Part shown: in pieces, positions 28,402 to 37,937 of the stretch
Numbering within the stretch: position 1 is the stretch's first letter
Layout of the letters: every line of letters begins with the position of its first letter
IMG/VR virus record: IMGVR_UViG_3300017971_003573
DNA: 64,000 nucleotides
Reading direction: 5' to 3' (one strand)
Origin: an uncultured virus (IMG/VR IMGVR_UViG_3300017971_003573)
Taxonomy: Duplodnaviria > Heunggongvirae > Uroviricota > Caudoviricetes
The notes under the pieces: generated by a model
Seen by the model: the letters and a program-made list of their open reading frames with translations, nothing else
Database searches by the model: none
Told to the model about the DNA's origin: nothing
Position numbers and translations under genes: made by a program

Positions 28402-29592
28402 ATGTCAGACGACTACACCCCCTATCTGGCTTTCGCCGCCGACTTGCATCTGCAACCCGGGGCATGGGCCAGCCACCCGCACATACAGGGTGATTCGTAC
28501 AACGCGCTGCGGCAGATCGTATCGTTCTGCGTCGCACGCGACTGCCCCCTGATCCTGGGGGGAGATATTTTCGACAAGCGCCGCCCCGACCCGCACAGCG
28601 TCGGCGTGTTCATCACGGAGATGAACCGGATGCGCCAGGCTAACCTGGCGGTGCTGTACGTCTCGGGCGACCACGACTATTCGGTCGACACGCCCTGGCC
28701 CGACGCGGCCTCCGTGAACGCGAGCCACCTCCACAAGGACGTCGCCGAGTGGAGCAAGCTCGGTAGGATCTACGGGCTCGACTGGACGCCCAAGGACCGT
28801 CTCCACGAAGCACTGGCAGAGATTCCGCCAGACTGCAACGTCCTGGTGACCCACCAGTCATGGGACGAGCTGCAAGGCATCGGCAACGTCGAGGGTTGGA
28901 TCGCTACCCTTCCTCGGCATGTGACGACGCTGTTGACGGGCGACTACCACGTCCACCTCCAGCGTAAAATCAAAGCCGACGCCGGGCAGGAGGTCCGGGT
29001 CTACTCGCCAGGCTCAACGTGCATGCAGGCGATCGATGAGAACCCGGACAAGCACTTCTGGGTCTACTCAGCATCGGACGAGCGCGACGACGGTGTCTGG
29101 ACGTCAGTACCTATCGCCGGGCGTCAGGCATTCTTCTACGAGCTGCACGACGAGGAGACGTTCAACCAGTGGGCTGCGAACAAGATCGACTTTAGCGTGT
29201 GCTTCCATGACATATTGCCATCGGAGCTGCACAAACCGATCGTGCGAGTCACCTACCCCGACAACATCCCCGATGCGGTTGCTCGCATCGAGGCGGCGGT
29301 GGAGGACGCACACCTGTTCCTCAACCCGCAGCACGTCTACGTGGAGCAGTGCGTCGAGATTGCCGAGGCACCCGAGGGTGCGTTCGACACGCTCGAAGGC
29401 GCAGTACAACAGCTTGGTGACGACGACGATGTCGTCAATGGCGTTCATCGCTTACTCAACAGCGCGAACCCCACCAAAGAAATCGAACTGATGATGCAGG
29501 AGTTTCTGCATGCCGCTCAGCAAGAGGGAGCAGTACATCAAGGCGATGATGCGCCTGTGGGAGAGCCCACTGGAGCACCCGACGCGACGTAA
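28402..29592 (+). CDS. Mre11/SbcD-like metallophosphoesterase nuclease
   Basis: ADLH, GGDIFD, GDHD, THQ, GDYH, YSPGS motifs. Confidence 0.88.
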   Translation: MSDDYTPYLAFAADLHLQPGAWASHPHIQGDSYNALRQIVSFCVARDCPLILGGDIFDKRRPDPHSVGVFITEMNRMRQANLAVLYVSGDHDYSVDTPWPDAASVNASHLHKDVAEWSKLGRIYGLDWTPKDRLHEALAEIPPDCNVLVTHQSWDELQGIGNVEGWIATLPRHVTTLLTGDYHVHLQRKIKADAGQEVRVYSPGSTCMQAIDENPDKHFWVYSASDERDDGVWTSVPIAGRQAFFYELHDEETFNQWAANKIDFSVCFHDILPSELHKPIVRVTYPDNIPDAVARIEAAVEDAHLFLNPQHVYVEQCVEIAEAPEGAFDTLEGAVQQLGDDDDVVNGVHRLLNSANPTKEIELMMQEFLHAAQQEGAVHQGDDAPVGEPTGAPDAT

Positions 29593-30385
29593 CATCGCCG
29601 CTGTCGCCCCGCATCTGCCAATGGCACTCGTGGACCAGATGCTGCACACAGCCCTGAAGACCCGCGTGAACTTCATCGGCCCGCCGGTGATGGTTCACGG
29701 TGCGCTGCACGTCTTCGAGCTCGACGGTATCTGGGAGAACGGCGTCGTCAGATGTATCGCTCTCCGGTACCTTCATGCAATACGTCGTAGTGTTTCTTAC
29801 CAGGACTCGTTTGTAATGCGAGAGCTGGCAACTGAGCATCCCGCCTACGAGCATCAGGAGGAGGCGGAAACCTACGCGTGTATGGAGTGGCCCGAGAGTC
29901 TGTGCTGGGACAGGGCGAAGTCCGTTATGGCCGGGCATGTCATCATGCCGACCGACACCGAGCTACGCACGCCAGCTACTTTCATTGCCTGGCTGAACTG
30001 CGAGTTCCCAGAGGTGCTCTACAGCGGTTTCGAGCCGCCAGGCGAACTCATCAACGACGCCCTCATGGCATACGCCTGGTTCGGTCCCGCTGCCAGTGAG
30101 ATGCTCGGCGGGCACGCATCGCAGGCTGCCTACTACTGTGGCATCTGCGGCGGCGGCCTCGGCCAATTAAAGTGCGAGGCGTGTGGCACGACCTACACGG
30201 CGGCGAGGATGCGACCGCCATGGTCCTGTGCAATGCCTCGTGCAGTCCAGACACCCAGCTTCCTGAACATGGATCGGGTAATAGGCTGGTTGCACGATTA
30301 CGACGTGTGGCTCAAGGAACGTCAGCTCGAACAAGGGCGGACGTCCAAGACAGTCCACAAAACAAGAAGAATCATCGAGCTTTAG
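29510..30385 (+). CDS. hypothetical protein with a Zn ribbon
   Basis: CGIC...CEAC. Confidence 0.55.
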   Translation: MPLSKREQYIKAMMRLWESPLEHPTRRNIAAVAPHLPMALVDQMLHTALKTRVNFIGPPVMVHGALHVFELDGIWENGVVRCIALRYLHAIRRSVSYQDSFVMRELATEHPAYEHQEEAETYACMEWPESLCWDRAKSVMAGHVIMPTDTELRTPATFIAWLNCEFPEVLYSGFEPPGELINDALMAYAWFGPAASEMLGGHASQAAYYCGICGGGLGQLKCEACGTTYTAARMRPPWSCAMPRAVQTPSFLNMDRVIGWLHDYDVWLKERQLEQGRTSKTVHKTRRIIEL

Positions 30386-30393
30386 GAGAACTG

Positions 30394-32511
30394 ATGCGAG
30401 CAGAGCGAATCATACTCCGCAACTTCTGTCAGCACCAGTTCCGAGAGATCGTCTTCGGTCCCGGCATGACGGCCATCGTTGGCCCGATCGGGTCGGGGAA
30501 GTCAAACATCCTCGGAGCTATGAAATACGCCTTGACTGGGAAGCATCCCAACAAGGGTACGAAGGAGGACAACATCTGCCAATGGATTGGCCCAACCGAG
30601 ACGTCTGGAGTCGACTTCACGTTCTCGCATGCCGGGACACGGGCGACCGTGAAGCGGCACCTCCTTCCTACGACGGCACAGACTACGTTGTCGATCGACG
30701 GCGTTACGCAGCCGATACGCGGCGACACGAAGGTCAACGAGAAGATCATGGAGATCCTGGGCATCGACGCCGAGATCCTCAACGATGTTGCCATCGTCGA
30801 CCAAGGCGACATCTTCGGCTTTATGGACAAGACACCCGCCAAGCGATCGGCGGCGTTCGCGAAGCTGTTCCGTACTGACGTCGCCGAAGAGGTGTGGCAG
30901 GCACTCGGCAAGCACGTCGGTGGCCTGTCCATCCCGACCGTGGCTGTCGACGTCGACAGCGTCGAGCGGGCACTGGGCGAGGAGCGTACACAGCTTGAGC
31001 AGGCGCAGACTGCACTTGCTGGGCGGTCCACGCAGAACATCCTGGCGAGGCTTACCAAGGCTCGCGAGATCAAGGAGGTGGCACGGCGACGTGACACGCT
31101 CTTGACTACCATCTCGCAGTGCCAGGCGAGGATCGCGGAGCTGGAGACCGGCAACGAGAAGCTACGCAAGGCGCTGGAAGATACGCAGACCAACATCAAG
31201 ACGTTGGAAGACGCTGCCGCCGGGAGCAAGGACGCAGCCAAGGAAGCATCGGCGTCGCTGGTGTTGCTCGATCGGTACACGCGAGACCAACAGGTGCTCG
31301 AAGGTTACCGAGAGGACATCGCCCGATACGACAAGGAGCTTGCCGCCCTTACCGAGCCAACAGAGCCGGAGGGTTACAGCAACTTGAACCTGTCGCAGGA
31401 TCTCCAGCTTGCCTACGACGCCTGGCGAGAGAAGCAACTCTTCGTCGACTCGTTCGACCCGAAGAAGAACCTCGTCGAGTGTCCGATGTGTCATACGCCA
31501 ACACGCAACTTGGCGTCGGGGCTGGAAGCGGCCAGGCTGGCGTTGCCTGATCTCAAGTCCAAGCACGAAGCGATCAAGGCCCAGAAGAATGCCAACGAAG
31601 CCCACGACAGGGAGCTCTACCAGTGGCAGCGAGAGGTCATGCGACTCAATGATCTGAAGAAGGTTGTCGAGGATCAGATGGCCAAGCTGCTGACGGATCC
31701 GCCGCCAGCCGAGTCCGAGGACGAGCTCCGGGCAACCGTGAAGCAGCACGACGACTATGTCGCGGCCATTCCGCACTACACGAAGCTGGAAGGCGAACAG
31801 AGCGGCATGCTCTCCAAGATGGAGGGTGAGCTGACGTGGCAGCGGGACGCCCTGGAGAATGCCCAGACGGATCTGGCGGCCATACCGGCGGACACGCTGC
31901 CGAGTGCTGCCGAGGACGACGAGCTGGCGCTAACCAACGAGTTCAACACCGTGCAACGGCTTGAGCACGAGACGATGCAGATCAGTGCCAGCATCCTACG
32001 CCAGGAAGCGTTCCTGGAGACGACACGCGAGGCCCAGCAGGAAGCACGCAGCCTCCGGGGTTGGACCAACAAGGTCGTGGCAATGCGGGATCTGCTGCAC
32101 CGGGATGCAGCACCACGGTTCGTCGCCCAGCGCAACCTCATGCGTACCGAGGCGGGCGTGAACGAGAACCTCGGTCGATTTGATAGCAATTTCCGCGTAT
32201 CTGCCGACCAGGGGCTGACGTTTCGAGCTAATTTCACCGATGGGCGGGACCAGCCAGCCGACAGATTGTCCTTCGGGCAGAAAGTTGTGCTTGCGTTATC
32301 CTTCCGCCTGGCGGTAAACTTCATGTACGGCGATTTGGGGTTCCTCGCTTTGGATGAGCCCACAGCCTATATGGATACCGCGACGCTCGAAAACTTCAGT
32401 GAAGTCCTTACGCCACTGCGAGCGTACACGGCATCGCGAGGGTTCCAATGCCTGATCATTACACATGAGACGGCGCTGGCTCACATGTTCGACGCAGTGG
32501 AATCGCTATGA
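30394..32511 (+). CDS. Rad50/SbcC-like SMC ATPase
   Basis: Walker A GPIGSGKS, Q-loop, coiled coils with CPMC zinc hook, LSFGQ signature, LDEPT Walker B, ITH. Confidence 0.92.
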   Translation: MRAERIILRNFCQHQFREIVFGPGMTAIVGPIGSGKSNILGAMKYALTGKHPNKGTKEDNICQWIGPTETSGVDFTFSHAGTRATVKRHLLPTTAQTTLSIDGVTQPIRGDTKVNEKIMEILGIDAEILNDVAIVDQGDIFGFMDKTPAKRSAAFAKLFRTDVAEEVWQALGKHVGGLSIPTVAVDVDSVERALGEERTQLEQAQTALAGRSTQNILARLTKAREIKEVARRRDTLLTTISQCQARIAELETGNEKLRKALEDTQTNIKTLEDAAAGSKDAAKEASASLVLLDRYTRDQQVLEGYREDIARYDKELAALTEPTEPEGYSNLNLSQDLQLAYDAWREKQLFVDSFDPKKNLVECPMCHTPTRNLASGLEAARLALPDLKSKHEAIKAQKNANEAHDRELYQWQREVMRLNDLKKVVEDQMAKLLTDPPPAESEDELRATVKQHDDYVAAIPHYTKLEGEQSGMLSKMEGELTWQRDALENAQTDLAAIPADTLPSAAEDDELALTNEFNTVQRLEHETMQISASILRQEAFLETTREAQQEARSLRGWTNKVVAMRDLLHRDAAPRFVAQRNLMRTEAGVNENLGRFDSNFRVSADQGLTFRANFTDGRDQPADRLSFGQKVVLALSFRLAVNFMYGDLGFLALDEPTAYMDTATLENFSEVLTPLRAYTASRGFQCLIITHETALAHMFDAVESL

Positions 32512-33467
32512 GTAACAGACTGGTTGCAACCGATGCGGCGGCCCTCAAAGTCCACCTGGACGCAGAGGGTATCGTCTGGTTCGCAGACGGGATGCGGGTG
32601 ACTGTATCCTCTGGCATGCTCGTGCCGGAGTTCGTGCAGAGCATCCGCGACCGTCGCCAGCCGTTGATCCGTACGATCGGTGTCGGAGCGAATGCTCCGT
32701 TGATCACCGGGCTCTTCCCGCTGACGAAGGAAGGAGCCCGGATCGAGGTAGCGAGCCCGTTGATTTGTCCAACGTCTCGCGACAGGACCGACCCGCATGA
32801 AGCCCTGTGGCGGATGCGGGACGTCAAGTTGCCAGCGAGCCTCGGTGGCTGGCATGTGGTCACGAACCTCGACTACATCTCCTACTCGTTAGTCTGGGAG
32901 GTTGCGCGCTGCTGGGACGGCAACATCAGCGAGCACGCCAAGATGATCTTGGAGAACCATCCGGCTTACCCTTACTTGTCGTTCATCACCACGCTGTCGC
33001 CGAGGTACACGGCGTTGGTGCTGAGCTTGATTGTGGATCCTCGTTGGTACATCGACCCCAAACACCCAGATCGGGTGTCGAAGCTCCAAGCATACCTCGG
33101 CCTGATGCCGAAGGTGATTCGCAAGGTGACTGCCGGTGATCTACGAAGCTCGACGGCCTTCCGCTGCCATACCGTGGTGCGGGCTTGGGCCAGGCGATCG
33201 AACATCAGCGACGCGGAGCGAGAGCTGCCGGGGTCGTTTCTTTGGCGGATCGCTGAATCACACAGGTCACCGGAGCGTGGTTTACTTGCCGCGAGCCAAA
33301 AGTTCGTAATTTTTCTCAGGCATTGCTGGCTGCAAGCTCTGGTTGCGCGCACTAGATATAGTGGTGCGGAGCCCTTGTTTGCCCCAGATATGCTATTCAG
33401 ATCGACAGGTGAAATACGGGCGTTCAAGAAACACGTCTTCCTCGTCGAATCGGGTTTGACAGAGTAG
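32508..33467 (+). CDS. IS110-family / Tas (Nop-domain)-like protein with a degenerate RuvC-like N-terminus
   Basis: IEVASP...RTDPHEA (cf. IS110 V.VVNP...KTD..DA); HPAYPYLSFITTLSPRYTALVLSLIVDPRWY...VSKLQAYLGLMP (cf. Transposase_20/Nop HhH region); C-terminal KFVIFLRHCW helix. Confidence 0.6.
   Translation: MSNRLVATDAAALKVHLDAEGIVWFADGMRVTVSSGMLVPEFVQSIRDRRQPLIRTIGVGANAPLITGLFPLTKEGARIEVASPLICPTSRDRTDPHEALWRMRDVKLPASLGGWHVVTNLDYISYSLVWEVARCWDGNISEHAKMILENHPAYPYLSFITTLSPRYTALVLSLIVDPRWYIDPKHPDRVSKLQAYLGLMPKVIRKVTAGDLRSSTAFRCHTVVRAWARRSNISDAERELPGSFLWRIAESHRSPERGLLAASQKFVIFLRHCWLQALVARTRYSGAEPLFAPDMLFRSTGEIRAFKKHVFLVESGLTE
33349..33396 (+). promoter_or_regulatory. tandem NrdR-box-like sites
   Basis: GCACTAGATATAGTGG (33349-33364) and weaker GCCCCAGATATGCTAT (33381-33396), offset by 32 bp. 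Confidence 0.5.
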
Positions 33468-33484
33468 GCACCCGGCAGTAAGAT
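33456..33484 (+). promoter_or_regulatory. near-consensus sigma70 promoter
   Basis: TTGACA (33456-33461), 17 nt, TAAGAT (33479-33484). Confidence 0.75.
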
Positions 33485-33518
33485 GCCGGTTGCCGCTTGT
33501 AATTTGAAAGGATTTCAA

Positions 33519-34034
33519 ATGCAGGAGGTCCAGATACGACTGCGATTCAATCGCGAGTGTTTGGGTGCGGCAAAACGCAGAACAAACTCGGATCAAATCA
33601 TCTACGGTTTCCTTCGCGACTCGAATAGGCGCGTGATGTTCCTGCCTACGTGGTGGGGGTCTCTCATGCACTATGCCGCCAAGGTTGTCAACTGTGCTCA
33701 CAAGCTCGTGGGTCAGGTGAATTGGGATCCCGTTATCGATGCTCCTCCGCACAAAACATTTCGACGGACGTTGAATCGCGGCGCACGATACGCGTTGCAT
33801 GAAGCATTCCTCCCTGGCACCGTCGTCGGCGTCAAGGCCGTATTACCCGATGGACTGAATGTTGAAGAGTTCCAAGAACTACTGGAGGTCGCCGGAACCT
33901 ACCGAGGCATATCCCACTACCAACCGCAGGACGATCGCTACGGCACGTTTGAGGTAGTATCGATCACGCCGACAATAAGACGTCGAGCCAAACCAAGAAC
34001 TGACCAGGAGCCCGCAAAGGAAGTGGGTTCCTGA
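33519..34034 (+). CDS. stand-alone minimal RAMP (Cas7/Csm3-like) protein
   Basis: IRLRFNRECLG, FLRDSNRRVMFLPTWWGSLMHYAA, HEAFLPGTVVGV, EEFQELLEVAGTYRGIS, RYGTFEV: RAMP motif order with a C-terminal G-rich loop; AAGGA RBS. Confidence 0.65.
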   Translation: MQEVQIRLRFNRECLGAAKRRTNSDQIIYGFLRDSNRRVMFLPTWWGSLMHYAAKVVNCAHKLVGQVNWDPVIDAPPHKTFRRTLNRGARYALHEAFLPGTVVGVKAVLPDGLNVEEFQELLEVAGTYRGISHYQPQDDRYGTFEVVSITPTIRRRAKPRTDQEPAKEVGS

Positions 34035-34045
34035 CGGAGCCCAGA

Positions 34046-35551
34046 ATGCAGATACTAATCCGAAGGAACGGAACCCTTATTGATCTGTCGCCTGACGGTC
34101 ATAGTCCGCTTCCAGAGTCCATCTGCGACATGCTCCTGCCCCACATGCGATACGACCATGTGCAGATTCTTCGAGGGCAGGACAGCTACGACCACGCGAC
34201 TGGTGAGTTCGATAACGTCAAGATCACGCCCACCAATCTCTACCGCTGGGATTCTCACGGCAAGCTCGTGACCGGCTACGGCTACATCCCCAAGATCATG
34301 CGGGTGCTCCATGCCGCCGGGCACAGTGTCCAGTACATCGACGTGAGCCCCGCCAGGCCGCGACCCAACTGCTACGTTCCCGACTGGGATCTCGTGCATC
34401 AACACATCGAGTTCCGTCCACGGCAAGAGGAGTGTCTGCGTGCGATCAACGGTGCCTGGGGCGGCGTGATCAACGCCACCATGGGCTTCGGCAAGACGGA
34501 ACTCCTCAGAGCGTTGTGCTGGCTCTACCCCCACGCCCGTATCGCCATCGTGGTCAAGCCCAAGGACGTCGCAGCCCGCATCGTCCGACAACTCACCCAG
34601 GACTTCCCTGGTGTCGGTCAGGTCGGCGGCGGCCAACGCTACCACGGCGAACGCATCACCGTGTTCACCGGCGGCAGCACCAAGCACAGCGACGGCGACT
34701 ACGACTTCCTCTTCTGCGATGAGGTACACCAGCTCATGGCGAAGAAGATGTCCGAGGATCTCGGCTCCGCGTTCCGACAGACGCGGAACTACGGATTTAC
34801 CGGTACGCCGGAAGGTCGCCTCGACAAGGCCCATGCGAAGCTGGAGATGTTCTTCGGCCCACAAATCTTCTACTTGCCTTACCCCGAGGCGGTAGAGCTT
34901 GGCCTCGTCGTGCCGATCAACGTGCGATGGATCAAGATGGAGCTGCCCGTCGACCCCGCTTCGGGCAAGACGGCCACGTCCCGCGATCGCTGGGGCGTGT
35001 GGCGACACAATGCCCGCCATGCTGCCTTCGCCGCCGACGTGCGTGCGAACTACACCAACAACGAGCAGATCCTCATGGCCGTTGCCACCGTGGACCACGC
35101 CATACACCTGTGGCGTCACCTCCCGGACTTCGAGCTCTGCTACTCCAACGTGGAGGAGAAGAACTTCGACAGGTACAAGGCGACGGGTATGATCCCGCAC
35201 TCGTTCGAGCCTATGACGCAAAGCCGCCGCGATGCGATGCGGAATGCGTTCGAGGCCGGACAGCTCCGCCGGGTCATCGCCACCGACATCTGGTCGACGG
35301 GCGTTGACTTCCAGGAGCTCCAGGTGCTATACCGATGCGACGCTCGTGAGTCCGAGATCCTGGACGCTCAGTGGCCTGGCCGCGTTAGCCGTCTGTTCGA
35401 CGGTAAGGAATGCAGCGAGGTCGTCGACGCCCTGGATTTCTGGAACTCCACATACGAACGAAAGTCACGCACCCGCCGCCGACATTACAGGTCGCACGGC
35501 TGGGGCGAGACTGGTTGGCCCATGCCGAGGAGGCATAAGAGTGCCAAATAG
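34046..35551 (+). CDS. superfamily 2 helicase (UvsW/XPB-like)
   Basis: FRPRQ Q-motif, ATMGFGKT, DEVH, TGT, TGVD, QWPGRVSR. Confidence 0.88.
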   Translation: MQILIRRNGTLIDLSPDGHSPLPESICDMLLPHMRYDHVQILRGQDSYDHATGEFDNVKITPTNLYRWDSHGKLVTGYGYIPKIMRVLHAAGHSVQYIDVSPARPRPNCYVPDWDLVHQHIEFRPRQEECLRAINGAWGGVINATMGFGKTELLRALCWLYPHARIAIVVKPKDVAARIVRQLTQDFPGVGQVGGGQRYHGERITVFTGGSTKHSDGDYDFLFCDEVHQLMAKKMSEDLGSAFRQTRNYGFTGTPEGRLDKAHAKLEMFFGPQIFYLPYPEAVELGLVVPINVRWIKMELPVDPASGKTATSRDRWGVWRHNARHAAFAADVRANYTNNEQILMAVATVDHAIHLWRHLPDFELCYSNVEEKNFDRYKATGMIPHSFEPMTQSRRDAMRNAFEAGQLRRVIATDIWSTGVDFQELQVLYRCDARESEILDAQWPGRVSRLFDGKECSEVVDALDFWNSTYERKSRTRRRHYRSHGWGETGWPMPRRHKSAK

Positions 35552-36260
35552 ACGACGCAGAGTCATCGAGATCGACGACGCACCGACGCCGGAGCCTGAA
35601 CGGGCAGCGGACGCCGACGTGCAACGTATTGACAAGCTCGCGGAGTTGATCCGCGAGCTTTTCTGCTCGATGGTTCGCGATTTCACCACCAGTGCAGATT
35701 ACGGCAAGGAGAAGATGCCGAACTGGGACGGCGGTAAGGACAGGTGGGGTAAGAACCACCGCCCTGTTTGGCCTCGGCTTGCGAAGCACATCTTGAGATT
35801 GCAAGCAGACCCGATGGCCTACCTCAAGGCACAGTTCAACTACGCGACGCCAGGTAGATCACCTGCGCCGAACACGTTGATGAGCGACCGTGCCGTTGCC
35901 CGGTATCACAACTACATTGCCGATGCCAAGGAGCTTCTCGCGCGTGATCTTCGCTTTGACGTCAAGTCGGTGAAGACGCGGGCCAAGCTGCTGGAGCACG
36001 GCCTTAATTGGGACTTCGCGAAAGCGATGCGGGACGCGTTGCAGACGCACGGTAGCGTCTACGCGTCCGCGTTGGCCCGTTATTGCATGGCTGTGGAATA
36101 CGAGTTCGAGGATCTCGCCCAAGTCTTCTACGACGAGGCGTTGATCCAGTACCTATTCCAAAAGCAATTCTACGACGCCGCTTGGGCGGGTTGTATCCCA
36201 TCCCAACTCCGGGACCACGCTGCTGCGTTGCTGGAGAAGATGGGAATTACTTCTAGTTAG
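35541..36260 (+). CDS. hypothetical replication-module protein
   Basis: GTG start after AGGAGG; lies between the two helicases. Confidence 0.6.
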   Translation: MPNRRRRVIEIDDAPTPEPERAADADVQRIDKLAELIRELFCSMVRDFTTSADYGKEKMPNWDGGKDRWGKNHRPVWPRLAKHILRLQADPMAYLKAQFNYATPGRSPAPNTLMSDRAVARYHNYIADAKELLARDLRFDVKSVKTRAKLLEHGLNWDFAKAMRDALQTHGSVYASALARYCMAVEYEFEDLAQVFYDEALIQYLFQKQFYDAAWAGCIPSQLRDHAAALLEKMGITSS

Positions 36261-36272
36261 GAAAGGATCGAA

Positions 36273-37937
36273 ATGGCTGAACGGATGGACGCGACGGATA
36301 CCGTCATGTTGGCGCAACAGGCGCGTGGCACCGCCAAGAGCGTCGACTCGGAGCTGCTGGACACGTTATTCATTGGCTTGCTCCGTAGCCCGACGCTGTT
36401 CGACGACGCGCGCCGGTTCATCAAGACGAACCAGTTCACGCCGGAGGAATTGCACTACGGGCATTTATGGAGGATGCTCTGCGATCTTCGTGAACAGTAC
36501 GATAGATTCTCTGGGTCCATGGTCTTGACCCACGTCAAGCGAGAGTTGAGTCACAACCCTGGCTTGATACACCCGGCGATGCAGCAGAAGTTGTTGCACC
36601 TCGGAGACCATGGTTTGATCTTTGCGGCCTTCAGTGCGAAGCCGGAAGAGATCGATACGACGTACTGCCGCCAGTTGATGCGTGAGTTCCTCATGGAGCG
36701 CACCGTCTACTCGCCGCTGCGTCAGATGATGGCCCCCATCGACAACGGCTTGTTCGTTGAAGGGGTCGATGACTTCCTGCTCCAGACGCTCGGTCAGCGG
36801 GACAGGATCATGTCGATCGACGAGTTGCCAACCGAAGATCCCATGCCGCCCGTGGGCGGAACGATCGAGCAACCCGCACCGCCGTTCCCAACTGGACTGG
36901 GTTTCATCGACGACGCGATCGGAGGCGTCAGTGCCGGATGTGTGTACGGACTCCTCGGCGTCACCGGCGCTGGTAAGACCACGCTGGGTTTCCACCTGGC
37001 GACGTCGATGGCACAGAACGAGTACGTCGACGCGCTTGAAGAAGGGCGACAGCCAGGCTTGGTGGCCTACCTCTCCTACGAGGAAAGCGCCGCCAGGCTG
37101 CGACCGCGACTTTGGTCCGCTGCCTGTCAGATCCCGAGGGACTCGCTGGCTGCCATGTCGCAGCCCGATGCAGAGCTGGCCAGGGAGGTCAACCCGAACG
37201 GGTACGAGAAGCGTCTCAGCGGCGAGGGCACGCCCAAGTCGGAGTACGAGCGGTGGCAGATGGCACGACCGTGGTTGTCTGCGTGTACCCGCATCTTCGA
37301 TATGTCCGGCTCAGGTAAACATCCCAACTCGGGTACCGGCTTCATCGACGAGATCGTCGCCGTGCTCGAAGGCTGGTCAATGCGTAACAAGGATCAGCCG
37401 ATCGCGGTGCCGATCATCGACTACGCCGGGCTGTGCTGTAAGCGGTACATGCGGTCGCACAACCTGGATGACTCGCGACTGCGTGGTTTCCTCTCCAGCT
37501 TCGGTGACGAGTGTCGTCACAAGATCGCGGAACGGTTTGGCTGCCCCGTCTGGGTGCTCCACCAGATTGCTCCGTCTGAAGCGCAGAAGAACCCCACCAC
37601 GCCGTTGCACCATAGCCAGGCTGCCGAGTCTCGGGCGTTTGCCGAGAACATGGTGGCCTGCGGCTGTATTGGTGTGCCCGATGCGGACACGGGCAATCGA
37701 CGGCTCAACTGGTCCAAGCTGCGAGACAAGAAGGCGGAGGGCCAGCCGCCATTCATCCTGCAAGTCCACGAAGACTACGCGAGGATGATCGACGTGACCA
37801 GTCGGTACGGTGTCGCCAACCGCAAGTTTGTCAGTGCCGAGATGGCGCGGCAACTGGAAGGCGTGGCCGACCCTGGTATGACAACGCCGTTACAGGCAAA
37901 CCGAGTTGCACGAGAGATAGCGGGCGGTGCTTCATAA
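36273..37937 (+). CDS. DnaB-like replicative helicase
   Basis: PTGLGFID, Walker A GVTGAGKT, YLSYEE, IIDY, VWVLHQ. Confidence 0.85.
   Translation: MAERMDATDTVMLAQQARGTAKSVDSELLDTLFIGLLRSPTLFDDARRFIKTNQFTPEELHYGHLWRMLCDLREQYDRFSGSMVLTHVKRELSHNPGLIHPAMQQKLLHLGDHGLIFAAFSAKPEEIDTTYCRQLMREFLMERTVYSPLRQMMAPIDNGLFVEGVDDFLLQTLGQRDRIMSIDELPTEDPMPPVGGTIEQPAPPFPTGLGFIDDAIGGVSAGCVYGLLGVTGAGKTTLGFHLATSMAQNEYVDALEEGRQPGLVAYLSYEESAARLRPRLWSAACQIPRDSLAAMSQPDAELAREVNPNGYEKRLSGEGTPKSEYERWQMARPWLSACTRIFDMSGSGKHPNSGTGFIDEIVAVLEGWSMRNKDQPIAVPIIDYAGLCCKRYMRSHNLDDSRLRGFLSSFGDECRHKIAERFGCPVWVLHQIAPSEAQKNPTTPLHHSQAAESRAFAENMVACGCIGVPDADTGNRRLNWSKLRDKKAEGQPPFILQVHEDYARMIDVTSRYGVANRKFVSAEMARQLEGVADPGMTTPLQANRVAREIAGGAS

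Noticed and set aside
32508..33467. Active IS110 insertion sequence
   Set aside because: Catalytic motifs are degenerate, the gene is translationally coupled to sbcC, and there are no non-coding IS ends.
32000..34100. CRISPR, TIGR-type or other guide-repeat array next to the IS110-like and RAMP genes
   Set aside because: The flanks are coding, and no periodic repeat was visible by eye here or in other intergenic gaps. An array outside the window or a very degenerate one is not excluded.
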